Shown: positions 28,131 through 38,155, numbered from the stretch's first letter. The stretch is DNA of 64,000 nt from an uncultured Candidatus Saccharibacteria bacterium (GCA_964450915.1 CAYVFG010000002.1:5379-69378), one strand, 5' to 3'. Notes: generated by a model not told the origin, from the sequence alone. Numbers and translations: made by a program.

Positions 28131-29762
28131 TTAGCGGATATTTCGAATATCGTATATTTCTACCCGAGGCCCTGCGATATGCCAAAGCTGAGGAGAGATG
28201 CTGTATACTTTCTTTCCCTGGGTACGGATTTGATTGTAAAAAGCTTGGTAGGATGCAGTTGTTTCCGGAAATAGTTTTACTGACGTTGGGTCAAAATACC
28301 GATCAACGATCCTGCTATCCATTGCAATGTACTGCACTCCTTTTTCTTGAGTCCAATAAGAAAGAGGCTTTGCTCGATCATGGGATACCTCGGGGTCTTG
28401 GGCATTAAAATTCGCATACACTTCATCTATTCGAACTGTTTTGTAGTTCGGATCGCTCCAATCCAGAAGCCGAATGGGGGTGTGTTGGAGAATAATGCTT
28501 TCATGCGGAATATTCGCAAGAACCCACGCTACGGCTTTACTGTGTGTTGACCCCCCAGCATATGCAGCATCGAATCCTGCTGCAAAATATGCGGTATATA
28601 GAAGAAAGCTAATCGTGCCAATCCAAATAGCATACGTTGCTATTTTTATACGTGAGTATTTTTTCAAGAGTGCGTCGATTGCGTATGCAGCTAATAGCGT
28701 AAGTAGGGGAGTGAGTGGTAATAGGCGCTTTACTGCATAGAGCGGGAGACGGCCGATGATTGCGAGATACATGACGATTGAGGAGCCTCCAAGAATAACG
28801 AGAAGCGCCCAGTTGCGTGTTTTAATGAGGAGAAGGATGCCTACAAGCGCTAGAAGTATAATAACCGGAGTAGCCTCCCACCACAGCCCGGATACCGTAA
28901 ACGGCAAGCCCCAATCCGGAGACGATGTGGTAATCGGCCATATATAATCAGGGCGGGTATACCCTAAATCGCCTGCCGATCCTCGAAGTTGCAATTGATG
29001 ATAGATTGCGTAACTTTCTTTCCATTTTAAAAGCGTATACGGGGTTGCGCACGCAAAGCTGATCGGAATCAAGAGGATTGCGAGGATCAGCTTTTTAGAA
29101 ACAAGTGACGATATAGCAGAAGTTTTAGTTTCTACGCTCCGCATAATGTGCGCCAGGACGATGGCTATTCCTATGACAAACCCGGTATAATGAGTTGCTC
29201 CGCTTATACCGGTAAGAATTCCTGCGAGAACATACCATTTCATCGTTCCTAATTTCCATATTTGCAGTGCAGCAAAGAGTGCGCATGTGGCAACGAAGGT
29301 CAGCGGAATATCAACGTGCGCGTAGTGAGAATATTTCACGTGGAGAGGCAAAAATGCGATAAGGAGCGCAGCGATAAGACCAAGCCTCGGACTAGAAATT
29401 AATTTGCCTATTTTCCATACGACATATAACGTCGCTGTTCCGATAATTGCTGTCACAATGCGCGCGATGAGCGTATATATGTCTACGGACGTATCGGCGC
29501 TTGGGTACGGCATGTGCATCAAGGCAGGGGGAAGAAAGGCTACTCCGAGTATATAGTGATAGAAATGGGGATAGTATGATCCTTTTGGATACAACAACGG
29601 TACCTGTTTACCTTGAGCAAGCAGCACGGACGGAGTAATGACCTTATTTTCATCTGTATATATTTCATGGTTGATTCCCCACAGCCGTATAAAAAGCCCA
29701 ACTACCAGAATGCTAGCGAGAAGTATATTCATGAAATGGTATTTCTTTTGCGTATCTGCCAT
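28131..29762 (-). CDS. ArnT/PMT_2-like GT-C membrane glycosyltransferase. The start is either MADTQ at 29762 or MNILL at 29732.
   Basis: GINHEIYTDENKVITPS is a DE motif. About 12 TM helices. Tightly divergent from the Dpm1-like GT2 at 29779. Confidence 0.7.
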   Translation of the reverse strand: MADTQKKYHFMNILLASILVVGLFIRLWGINHEIYTDENKVITPSVLLAQGKQVPLLYPKGSYYPHFYHYILGVAFLPPALMHMPYPSADTSVDIYTLIARIVTAIIGTATLYVVWKIGKLISSPRLGLIAALLIAFLPLHVKYSHYAHVDIPLTFVATCALFAALQIWKLGTMKWYVLAGILTGISGATHYTGFVIGIAIVLAHIMRSVETKTSAISSLVSKKLILAILLIPISFACATPYTLLKWKESYAIYHQLQLRGSAGDLGYTRPDYIWPITTSSPDWGLPFTVSGLWWEATPVIILLALVGILLLIKTRNWALLVILGGSSIVMYLAIIGRLPLYAVKRLLPLTPLLTLLAAYAIDALLKKYSRIKIATYAIWIGTISFLLYTAYFAAGFDAAYAGGSTHSKAVAWVLANIPHESIILQHTPIRLLDWSDPNYKTVRIDEVYANFNAQDPEVSHDRAKPLSYWTQEKGVQYIAMDSRIVDRYFDPTSVKLFPETTASYQAFYNQIRTQGKKVYSISPQLWHIAGPRVEIYDIRNIR

Positions 29763-29778
29763 ACTGGCATCAGTATAT

Positions 29779-30495
29779 ATGATTACTTCACAGCGCACGA
29801 TTATTTTGATTCCGACCTATAACGAAGCCGAAAATATCGGTCTTATCCTTCGTCAAATTCAATCCGTGGATCCTGGCTTTAACGTATTGGTGTTAGATGA
29901 CAATTCTCCTGACGGGACAGCGCAGGTTGTGGAAGCATTTCATAAGGAGCATCCACCTGTTTCTGTATTAGTACGCACGAGCAATAGGGGGTTTGCTCAG
30001 TCATACCTCGATGGATTCAAGCGAGTATGTGCTGGAAGCGAATATGATGCCGTTATTACTATGGATGCTGATTTCTCGCATGAGCCAAAAGAATTACCGG
30101 AACTTCTTACGCTTTTAAATAACGGTGCAGATGTTGTGATCGGTTCTCGCTATGCAAAGCATCAGAAATTTCCGCATATTACATTGTGGCGCCGCATGAT
30201 GAGCCGATTTGCAAATGGGTATGTTCGCACGGTGCTTGGTATGCCAATCAGCGATTGCACTGCCGGGTTTATCGCGATGCGCACAGAGGCTCTTCGATCA
30301 TTGAATATGCAAGGCATACGGACAGAAGGATACGGATTTTTATTTCAGCTCAAGTACCGTGCCTATAAAAGCGGCCTTCGTTTAGCGGAACATCCGGTAG
30401 CATGGCCTGAGCGGCATCAAGGCAGCTCAAAAATGAATTTGAAACGGATATTCGAATCCTTCCTGTTGCCGTGGAAGATTAAATTCGGCTCTTAA
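29779..30495 (+). CDS. GT2 polyprenol-phosphate sugar synthase, Dpm1/GtrB-like. The track ORF starts at 29638; the likely start is MITSQ at 29779.
   Basis: IILIPTYNEAENIG and VLVLDDNSPDGT, ITMDADFSHEP DxD region, and GSRYAK. Confidence 0.8.
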   Translation: MITSQRTIILIPTYNEAENIGLILRQIQSVDPGFNVLVLDDNSPDGTAQVVEAFHKEHPPVSVLVRTSNRGFAQSYLDGFKRVCAGSEYDAVITMDADFSHEPKELPELLTLLNNGADVVIGSRYAKHQKFPHITLWRRMMSRFANGYVRTVLGMPISDCTAGFIAMRTEALRSLNMQGIRTEGYGFLFQLKYRAYKSGLRLAEHPVAWPERHQGSSKMNLKRIFESFLLPWKIKFGS

Positions 30496-31796
30496 GCAGC
30501 TTCAACTATTTCGAATTGAGGAAGTGGAACGATAAATTTTCCGCCTGCGTTGAGGTATTCCGCTTCTCGTGATTTGAATTCAGGTAAGAAATGCCACGGT
30601 AATATAAGGAAATAGTCTGGCTTTGCTGCTCGCGCTTCTTCTTCTGAGATGATAGGAATAAGCGTGCCTACCGTTTTCTTGCCCCATTTATCAGGATTTC
30701 TCTCGGCGGCAGCCGTAATGACGGTATGATCCAGTCCGAAGTATTGCAAAAGAGTGTTTCCTTTGGTGGATGCTCCATACACATATACCGTCTTTCCTTT
30801 TCCTGTTTCTTCCTTGATGAATGATGTGACCTTTTCTTTAATATCTTGCACTCCTTGCGCAAAGTCGTTATAGGGCGCTAATGTATCAAGCTGCATTGTT
30901 TTTTCTTGATTGCGAAGAGCGCCTACGCGATCTGCCGCTCCTTCAAATGGTACGATATTCGTATTTTCCTTGTGCGTAATATAGGTACGATAGCTACCAC
31001 CATTTACGTCGTTTAATTCTACGTCGATAACTTTCAGCTCGTGGCGCTCTAAAAGATTTTCGAGCGATAGCAGGGAGTAATATTCTAAATGTTCATGGCA
31101 GATGTTATCGAAAATGTTATCGAGAAGCATGCTTGGTAAATATGCCATTTGAATGATCCACAATCCGTCTTTATCAAGGCATGCAGCAGCATCTGAGGTG
31201 AATTTGTTTGGATCCTCCAGATCATAAAACATCGCAATACTGGTAATGACTTTTGCTTTTTTGTTATTTGATGCCTTTAAAAATGGTTCAGCAGAGAAAA
31301 AATCATTGATAACGGTAATATTCGGATCTTGCGCATAGGGCATGAGGTTCGTTGCAGGTTCAAATCCGATGCGCTTTAAATCTGGGGTTTCGTACGATTT
31401 TAATAACGTATTGTCGTTGCTGCCGGTGTCAATTACATAATCCCCAGTCTGGAGGTTGGCAAGCTGTGAAGCTTTTGTTGAAATATCCTTAAGGGCATCT
31501 TTCATGGTTTGATTAATTCCGGAGCGATACCAATAATTTCTGTACAGCGATCCTTGATCAGCAGTGTGTTTTAGTTGCAATAATCCGCATCCGCCTTCAG
31601 CAGCATTGCAAATAACAAGTTCCAATGGAGCACTCGCATTTTCTGTCATGGAGTCTACGAAATCTGAAATATATTGATTTCCTAACGAGAGCACGGGGGA
31701 TAGGGAATCGCTATTGCATACTCGGCAATTCATTACGACACGTACAGGAGCCTGCTCGGATGTTTGTACATTCGTTTTGTTCTTTTGAGTAGCCAT
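30492..31796 (-). CDS. Sugar C-methyltransferase-like protein, TcaB9/TylCIII-type: Zn-ribbon N-terminus plus SAM-MTase plus C-methyltransferase C-terminal domain.
   Basis: CRVCNSDSLSPVLSLGNQ (Cys-rich N-terminal zinc-binding motif), GFEPA, HEHLEYYS, and a VIDVELNDVNGGSYRTYI arrangement. These resemble NDP-hexose 3-C-methyltransferases. Confidence 0.7.
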   Translation of the reverse strand: MATQKNKTNVQTSEQAPVRVVMNCRVCNSDSLSPVLSLGNQYISDFVDSMTENASAPLELVICNAAEGGCGLLQLKHTADQGSLYRNYWYRSGINQTMKDALKDISTKASQLANLQTGDYVIDTGSNDNTLLKSYETPDLKRIGFEPATNLMPYAQDPNITVINDFFSAEPFLKASNNKKAKVITSIAMFYDLEDPNKFTSDAAACLDKDGLWIIQMAYLPSMLLDNIFDNICHEHLEYYSLLSLENLLERHELKVIDVELNDVNGGSYRTYITHKENTNIVPFEGAADRVGALRNQEKTMQLDTLAPYNDFAQGVQDIKEKVTSFIKEETGKGKTVYVYGASTKGNTLLQYFGLDHTVITAAAERNPDKWGKKTVGTLIPIISEEEARAAKPDYFLILPWHFLPEFKSREAEYLNAGGKFIVPLPQFEIVEAA

Positions 31797-31819
31797 TGTA
31801 ATATTGCTTTTAGTATTCC

Positions 31820-32488
31820 ATGAATAATAAAACTGAGCAAATTTGGGACGATGTGTGGCAGACTGGCGCTTCTGGCAATTTTATAACGACCATGCGCAAG
31901 ATATATAACACCATGCTTGGGAAGCTGGTATTGCCTCATGTATCCAGCGAAGGAAGAACGCTAGAGCTCGGATCCGGAACGGCCCAGCTTACACTTATGA
32001 TTGCTCCGCATATCAAAGAAGCGGTAGGGCTTGATATTTCATCAGAAGGGCTTGCCATTGCGTCCCGAGAACGCGATCGGCTCGGCATTAAAAACGCTAC
32101 GTTTGTAAAAGGGGATGTTCAAGACGTTCCGTTCAACCAAGAGTTTGATGTTGTGTGGAGCGCGGGATTAATTGAGCACTTTTTCGATCATGACATCGAT
32201 ATCGTTAGGCAACATATTAAGGCGGTAAAGCCGGGAGGAGTTGTGGTGATGAGCGTTCCGTACGCATATTCGCTCCATAGCCTGCATTATGCTCTCACTC
32301 GCCCAGCGCTTACTCGTCGTTTCTGGCCCTGGTCGCAGGAGCTGCATTTTCAAAAGTTTTATTCCAAACAAGATTTAATACATCTAGCAAAGCGGCTTGG
32401 ATTGCCTTATAAAGTATATTTCTTGCGCCCCTGGATGCTAGGATTGCCATTGGGGATTATTGTGCTAGAGATTCGGAATACGAAATAA
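31820..32488 (+). CDS. Class I SAM-dependent methyltransferase.
   Basis: LELGSGTAQLT motif I and VKPGGVVVMSVP. Confidence 0.8.
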   Translation: MNNKTEQIWDDVWQTGASGNFITTMRKIYNTMLGKLVLPHVSSEGRTLELGSGTAQLTLMIAPHIKEAVGLDISSEGLAIASRERDRLGIKNATFVKGDVQDVPFNQEFDVVWSAGLIEHFFDHDIDIVRQHIKAVKPGGVVVMSVPYAYSLHSLHYALTRPALTRRFWPWSQELHFQKFYSKQDLIHLAKRLGLPYKVYFLRPWMLGLPLGIIVLEIRNTK

Positions 32489-32534
32489 GGGGTTTTATTG
32501 CTGTTTCTCAGAAAGCTCAGTACAATCGCAGAAT

Positions 32535-33260
32535 ATGGATCAGTCTTCACGAAAGCCGAAAGTCATTGTTCTAGTGCCTTCGTATCGAGCCGGGAAGCAT
32601 GTGGTGGAAACGTATAACAGAATACCGAAAGAGGCTGTAGATGACATTATTATCGTAGATGATGCATCTCCCGATGATACGTTCGAATATGCAAAAACGT
32701 TGCCTGCAAAGGTATTTCGAAATGAAACAAACAAAGGATACGGAGGAAATATGAAAGTGTGCCTGCAGAAAGGGCTTGATGCAGGAGGAGATATTTTTAT
32801 TGAATTGCATGGAGACGGACAGTACGATGCAATGGATATTCCTCGAGCCGTTGCAGCTCTTCGTCCGACTGATGGCATGCTAATAGGAACTCGGGTAATT
32901 GCTTCGAATAAAGCGCTCCATAATGGGATGCCGCTCATCAAGTACGCGATGAATAAAATATTAACGTTTATTGCAAACGTTTTATTGGGCAGTAATTTAA
33001 CAGAGTTTCACTCCGGATTTCGCGTATATACTCGGAAGTTCTTAGAGACAGTCGATTTCGTCCATGATTCCGATGATCACTTGTTTAGCTTTGAAACAAT
33101 CGTCCAGGCATTGAAAGCCGGCTTTACAGTGGCAGAAATTCCTGTTGTTTGCACGTACTATGACGGGGTAACCCAGATGGGTCTCCGCAAGGGGGTAAAA
33201 TATACGCTCGAAATGCTCGGTACGGTACTTCTTTTTTCGATTGGAGTCCGCAAGAATTGA
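32535..33260 (+). CDS. GT2-family glycosyltransferase (Dpm1-like fold).
   Basis: VIVLVPSYRAGKHV and IIIVDDASPDDT; HGDGQYD as DxD-like. Confidence 0.8.
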   Translation: MDQSSRKPKVIVLVPSYRAGKHVVETYNRIPKEAVDDIIIVDDASPDDTFEYAKTLPAKVFRNETNKGYGGNMKVCLQKGLDAGGDIFIELHGDGQYDAMDIPRAVAALRPTDGMLIGTRVIASNKALHNGMPLIKYAMNKILTFIANVLLGSNLTEFHSGFRVYTRKFLETVDFVHDSDDHLFSFETIVQALKAGFTVAEIPVVCTYYDGVTQMGLRKGVKYTLEMLGTVLLFSIGVRKN

Positions 33261-33294
33261 ATTACAATCCGCCCTTATATATAATTGTTCGCAT

Positions 33295-34224
33295 ATGCCA
33301 AGAAAGCTTCCCTATGCGAAAGCCGTCATTACTGGAAGCACCGGTTTCGTCGGAGAGCGTTTAATGCTCGAATTGGCCTCCCGCGGAATTGAAGTCCACG
33401 GGCTTGCACTGGGAAAAAATAAAAATCTTGCTAAGGTGCGGGGCATTCATATGCACATAGGAGATATTACGGATAAAAAATCGATGCAACGCTTTATGAG
33501 AAAAGTCCGTCCGGAAGCTGTGTTTCATCTTGCTGCATACGGCACGTTTGTGAACGAGCAAGATGTTCAAAGAATGATTGATGTAAACATTAAAGGTGCT
33601 TCCATTCTTCTGGAAACCAGCAGGGAAGTTGGCTGCAAGGCATTTATTAGCACAAGTTCCGCGAAAGTGTATGCTACAGGACGCACTCCTATAAAAGAAC
33701 ATCAAGAAATGTTCCCGTGGGACAATTACGCTGTTACAAAGACTGGCGCGGAACTCTTCTGTAAGCTCTATTCCGAAAAACATTCCTTTCCCGTAACAAC
33801 ATTCCGACTATGTCCAGTGTACGGGCCTGGGGACGATCTATCACGATTTATTCCTACTGCAATCGGGGCTGTGATCAATAGCACTCCGTTTACCTGTTCG
33901 GTTGGTAGTCTCGTGCGCAATTTTACATATATTGATGACGCTATCGAAGCATTTATTCAAGCATCAAGAAGAATGAAGGGCACATATGAAGTATTTAATA
34001 TTGGGTATAAAAAGGCCCATTCGTTTAATGAAATTTTAAGTGCTATCCAAAAGGTTACAGGAAAAAAAATGGATATTATTGTTCCCCCGTCGAAGCAATT
34101 TGTTGATCATTCGTGGGTGCTCGATATGCAAAAAGCAGAAAAGGTATTGAAATGGAGGGGAAAAGTGTCGCTCATGGAAGGGATAGCTCGGACAGTTGGG
34201 TGGTATACTACGAAGGAACTATGA
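33295..34224 (+). CDS. NAD-dependent epimerase/dehydratase (extended SDR). The track ORF starts at TTG 33241; the likely ATG is 33295.
   Basis: VITGSTGFVGERL Rossmann motif and YAVTK catalytic pair. Confidence 0.8.
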   Translation: MPRKLPYAKAVITGSTGFVGERLMLELASRGIEVHGLALGKNKNLAKVRGIHMHIGDITDKKSMQRFMRKVRPEAVFHLAAYGTFVNEQDVQRMIDVNIKGASILLETSREVGCKAFISTSSAKVYATGRTPIKEHQEMFPWDNYAVTKTGAELFCKLYSEKHSFPVTTFRLCPVYGPGDDLSRFIPTAIGAVINSTPFTCSVGSLVRNFTYIDDAIEAFIQASRRMKGTYEVFNIGYKKAHSFNEILSAIQKVTGKKMDIIVPPSKQFVDHSWVLDMQKAEKVLKWRGKVSLMEGIARTVGWYTTKEL

Positions 34225-35795
34225 AATTATCTTCTTTCTTCGCGATGCTTACGCGGCCGCGGGTTATGTATATTCTTTTAGAAGCGTGCATCATCCTTTC
34301 GCTCGTTGGCGCCGTTGCAGGAGAAAGAACCATTATCGCCTCCCAGCGAAGAATTATGCCGGCAGGGGATGTATTTAATTTTCAAAGCATCGCACGAAAT
34401 ATCCGCTATTTTGATTATCCTATCCACGAGAAACGACTTCCGGGATATCCTCTAACCCTCTTGATTGGTACAGAACTTGGCTTTGACCCAACGCTTACTG
34501 GAATTGCTGTAAGTATTATGGCTTCTGCAGGAACAACTGTAGTGCTGTACTTGCTTGGCAGATATTTTAAATGGCCTCGATTACCGCTGGCTGCCGTTCT
34601 TCTGCTCACAAGCGTAGCCCCGCAGCTAACTATTAACGGCGTGCGCCCGCTTGCGGACAGTTATTTTCTATTCTTGATTGTTCTATCGGTATATATGGTC
34701 ACTGCTGCACGAGCAACAAAGGCGTGGGCTATTTGGACAGGACTTATCATCGCGCTGATGGTGTTTACACGATACGAAGGAGGCCCTACTGCAATACTGC
34801 TGCTATTGCTGCTCAGATTTAAGATGCCATGGCGCTTGGTTGGAATCGCTTCATTGCCGCTTCTGATTGCCGGGGTAGTATGGCTGCCGGTCTGGAGACA
34901 CGTGAACGGTTCGTTGAGTGAGTTCGGGTACGCAAAAGATGCGAAGCAAAATGCAAGCATCGAAACCCTCCCGGCTGATTACATGAAGATCGTTGACAGC
35001 TCTGGATTTGGGAAAGCTTGGACAATAGCTGACTTGTGGTCAAATGATAAACAAGTGCGTACGGAGGCAGGCCTGTTGTTTTCAGCTCCAGAATGGTGGC
35101 TAAGCGTGCTTGCAAGCTTCGGATTTATTTGGATTATTATTTCTCTGCGGAAAAAAGCTGCCCCGCTTCTTGTTGCGTTCATTTTGTATCCTGTACTTCC
35201 AGCGTGGTGGTTTACCTATAGTAGGTACGTTGCCCCGATGACCGCCTTTTATTATTTTTGCATGGCTGCAGGAGTGGTTGGGGTATGGCAAATTGTGCTG
35301 TGGATATTAAAGCGGGCGGGTAATCCTATAAAAGTTGCAACTGCTGTCTTGTTAGGATTTCTACTTATTCGTGCAGTGTTTGATGTTTCCCCCATTTTAT
35401 ACAAAGAGGCTGTTGCAAAGGGGCTCGAGAATAATGGAGTAGGATATTCTCTGTATACTGCGCTGCAATCTCTTCGCCATACTCCTGATCGAGTTGCTGT
35501 ATCTTTCGATTATCTCATGGCCTCTATGATGTTCGGCAGCGTGGACAGCCCCAAAGGCGGACTCAACGAAGGACGAGGAGTGTATCTTTCCAACAAACCG
35601 GATGCCACTCCTGCCCAGTTAGCACAATATTTACATGATAAGAAGATAAACATCCTGGTTGATAACGGAGAAAAAGAAGTAGCCCCCGTTGCTGAATATT
35701 TGAAAACTCACAACGAGATTGATCATACGCAAACGTTTACCTGGCCGAGACAAGATAAAAAAATCGACACAACATATCTTTATTACCTTAAATAA
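34221..35795 (+). CDS. Polytopic membrane protein, putative GT-C-like. Start at MKLSS with an ATGA overlap onto the upstream stop.
   Basis: About 12 TM helices and a periplasmic C-terminal region. Translationally coupled to the epimerase. Confidence 0.5.
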   Translation: MKLSSFFAMLTRPRVMYILLEACIILSLVGAVAGERTIIASQRRIMPAGDVFNFQSIARNIRYFDYPIHEKRLPGYPLTLLIGTELGFDPTLTGIAVSIMASAGTTVVLYLLGRYFKWPRLPLAAVLLLTSVAPQLTINGVRPLADSYFLFLIVLSVYMVTAARATKAWAIWTGLIIALMVFTRYEGGPTAILLLLLLRFKMPWRLVGIASLPLLIAGVVWLPVWRHVNGSLSEFGYAKDAKQNASIETLPADYMKIVDSSGFGKAWTIADLWSNDKQVRTEAGLLFSAPEWWLSVLASFGFIWIIISLRKKAAPLLVAFILYPVLPAWWFTYSRYVAPMTAFYYFCMAAGVVGVWQIVLWILKRAGNPIKVATAVLLGFLLIRAVFDVSPILYKEAVAKGLENNGVGYSLYTALQSLRHTPDRVAVSFDYLMASMMFGSVDSPKGGLNEGRGVYLSNKPDATPAQLAQYLHDKKINILVDNGEKEVAPVAEYLKTHNEIDHTQTFTWPRQDKKIDTTYLYYLK

Positions 35796-35804
35796 TCACA
35801 TTCT

Positions 35805-36590
35805 ATGTACAGTGGGGAGCGCATATTGCCGGAAAAAGTATTTAACGTTACATATCAACAGAGTCTTGTAGCATATGAATTTGCAGCAAAGTATTGTGAA
35901 GGCAAGACAGTGTTAGATGTTGCATCTGGGGAAGGATACGGAACATCGGTACTCGGAAAGAGCGCTTCTCGCGCAGTGGGGCTTGATTATAACAAGGCAG
36001 CTATCGATGAGGCTCGAAAAAACTATGCTACTGACACCGTTTCATTCGTTCAAGGCGACCTTCTCAATGCGCCAAGCGTGCTGAACGGGGAATTGTTCGA
36101 CGTAGTGTGCTGTTTCCAGACAATTGAGCATGTGTATAATCACGATGATTTTCTCAAATCGCTGATGGCTGTAACAAAACCGGGAGGATTAATCCTGGTA
36201 AGCACGCCTAATACAAATATGTTTCATAGCTTCAACCCCTATCACGTTCATGAAGTGGATGATGCGGAGATGAGAGATTTATTTGCTCGACATTTCAAAG
36301 AATCTACATTATATGGAGTGTTTGGAGATGAAAGTATTCTGCGGTACAGAACGGGGAAGCAAAAAATTTCCGATCTTATTCTTAGAATTGATTTCTTGAA
36401 AGCGCGCGATTGGATGCCAAAACCGCTGCTTAGGGCAGTGTATGCATTCGTATCACTTTTCTTGATTAAAAAAATAAGTTTCTGGAAGCACTCGAAAGAA
36501 GTGATGCGAGTAACTACGAAAAACTTTCGCGTAAGCGAAGAGGATATTGAACATAGTCTTGATTTTATTGCCGTTGCAAAGAATATATGA
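35805..36590 (+). CDS. Class I SAM-dependent methyltransferase.
   Basis: VLDVASGEGYGT motif I and TKPGGLILVSTP. Confidence 0.75.
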   Translation: MYSGERILPEKVFNVTYQQSLVAYEFAAKYCEGKTVLDVASGEGYGTSVLGKSASRAVGLDYNKAAIDEARKNYATDTVSFVQGDLLNAPSVLNGELFDVVCCFQTIEHVYNHDDFLKSLMAVTKPGGLILVSTPNTNMFHSFNPYHVHEVDDAEMRDLFARHFKESTLYGVFGDESILRYRTGKQKISDLILRIDFLKARDWMPKPLLRAVYAFVSLFLIKKISFWKHSKEVMRVTTKNFRVSEEDIEHSLDFIAVAKNI

Positions 36591-38155
36591 GTGAAAAGCG
36601 TGTCGTATGGATGCTGCTGATAGCCGCTATTTTTTTGCCAAGACTAATCGGTGCTGACTATTTTTTTATTCAAGACGAACAGCCATGGATTGACCGCTCT
36701 CAGACGTACTGGAATGCGTTGTCCTCGGGAGATTTTGTAGGGGCTGTTCAATACCCGCTATCAAATCATCCCGCAATTTCTCTCATGACCGTAGTGGGGC
36801 CGGTAATGAATCTGTACGGCACGTACCATGGCCTTCAGGGAACGTATGCCGATTGGCCCGTTGATGATAAGCGGGAAGCTGCAGTATGGGCGCGATACGC
36901 ATGGGGTATTGCATGCAGTATTGCGCTGCTTGCTCTCGTAAGAGTCGTAGCCAGTATGCAATTATTTAAAAACTCGAGATGGGCAGCAGGGCTCGTTGTT
37001 GTGCTATTCGGGTTGGAGCCGTGGATATTAGGAATTTCTCGCACGGTAAGTGTTGACGTTTTAATGAGTATAGGGGTGGTTGGCATGCTCGTATCTGCCG
37101 TTGTTGCTTTCGAGCGCAAAAATAGATTATGGGTTTGCATATCCGGCGCTTGGTTTGCATTAGCTTTTATTTCAAAATCGCCCGCGTTAATTACTGCGCC
37201 CATTGCGTTATTGCTCGCCAGCTTTGTTCCAGGTTTTTCAATGCGCGAAATGGGAAAACGCTCAATAGCATGGATAGGAAGTGCGTATTTTTCAATGATT
37301 ATTTTATGGCCCCCTTTTCTCTTTCATCCAATACAGCGGCTTATTGACGTGCTTGCGCGCGCAGAACTTCATTCTACGGTTCAGGAAGTTTATTACTGGC
37401 CAGGGGTTCATCCTCCGTTATTTATTTTCACCCTATCTGCATTCGCAACGATTGGATGTTTGCTATATATCTGGAATCGTCTGGCGGAAGTAAAGCAAAC
37501 AGGTTGGAATTTTTTTGCATTAGACATCGTATTATTGGCAGGTGTGTGGCATGGCCTCGTACTGCTGTACTTGCATGGCGATCAGGCTCGAAAAAATTTA
37601 CCAGTACTAGCATTGCTTGCGTTTATTGGAGCAATAGGCTGGGTATGGGTATTGCAACGGCGCAGAGTTGCAAAACCATTCATAGTAATAGGGCTCATCA
37701 TCTTGCAAGGCATATTTATGTGGCCATATTTTCCGCATGTCATAAGTTCATATAACATTCTTTTCCCCTCAGTGGGCGGGAAGAGACTATTAGTTGACGT
37801 AGGTAATAGCTCCCGCCTTATTGCTGATTATATTAATAGCAGCAATCCTAAAGAAGTATTTGCGATACCGATGGATAGCTTAGTTGTTCCTTATTTGGAT
37901 AGCAACAAGAGGGATGCAATACGCGGGTTTCCCTCAGAGGGCTACCTGAAAAATCTTGATCCTGCGGTAACAAAGATTATTATACCGATGAGTTTTCCTG
38001 CTCGAGTCAATTTTGATCCTACTACCAAGAATATTTTAAAAGATTTGGCTTCGTATAAGCCTGAAAAGACACTCTTTATTCGAGATATACCGATGTTTTA
38101 TGTATACACGCTTCATCCAATAGAATATACTTTACAGCATGAAACAGGCATATAG
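36587..38155 (+). CDS. GT-C membrane glycosyltransferase, paralog family A.
   Basis: PRLIGADYFFIQDEQPWIDRSQTYW...NHPAISLM. Overlaps the upstream stop by 4 nt. Confidence 0.65.
   Translation: MSEKRVVWMLLIAAIFLPRLIGADYFFIQDEQPWIDRSQTYWNALSSGDFVGAVQYPLSNHPAISLMTVVGPVMNLYGTYHGLQGTYADWPVDDKREAAVWARYAWGIACSIALLALVRVVASMQLFKNSRWAAGLVVVLFGLEPWILGISRTVSVDVLMSIGVVGMLVSAVVAFERKNRLWVCISGAWFALAFISKSPALITAPIALLLASFVPGFSMREMGKRSIAWIGSAYFSMIILWPPFLFHPIQRLIDVLARAELHSTVQEVYYWPGVHPPLFIFTLSAFATIGCLLYIWNRLAEVKQTGWNFFALDIVLLAGVWHGLVLLYLHGDQARKNLPVLALLAFIGAIGWVWVLQRRRVAKPFIVIGLIILQGIFMWPYFPHVISSYNILFPSVGGKRLLVDVGNSSRLIADYINSSNPKEVFAIPMDSLVVPYLDSNKRDAIRGFPSEGYLKNLDPAVTKIIIPMSFPARVNFDPTTKNILKDLASYKPEKTLFIRDIPMFYVYTLHPIEYTLQHETGI

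Noticed and set aside
29638-29778. 47-codon N-terminal extension of the Dpm1-like ORF, which would overlap the divergent ArnT-like gene
   Set aside because: The conserved Dpm1 N-terminus (IILIPTYNE) begins right after the Met at 29779. The extension would overlap the oppositely oriented gene's start region.
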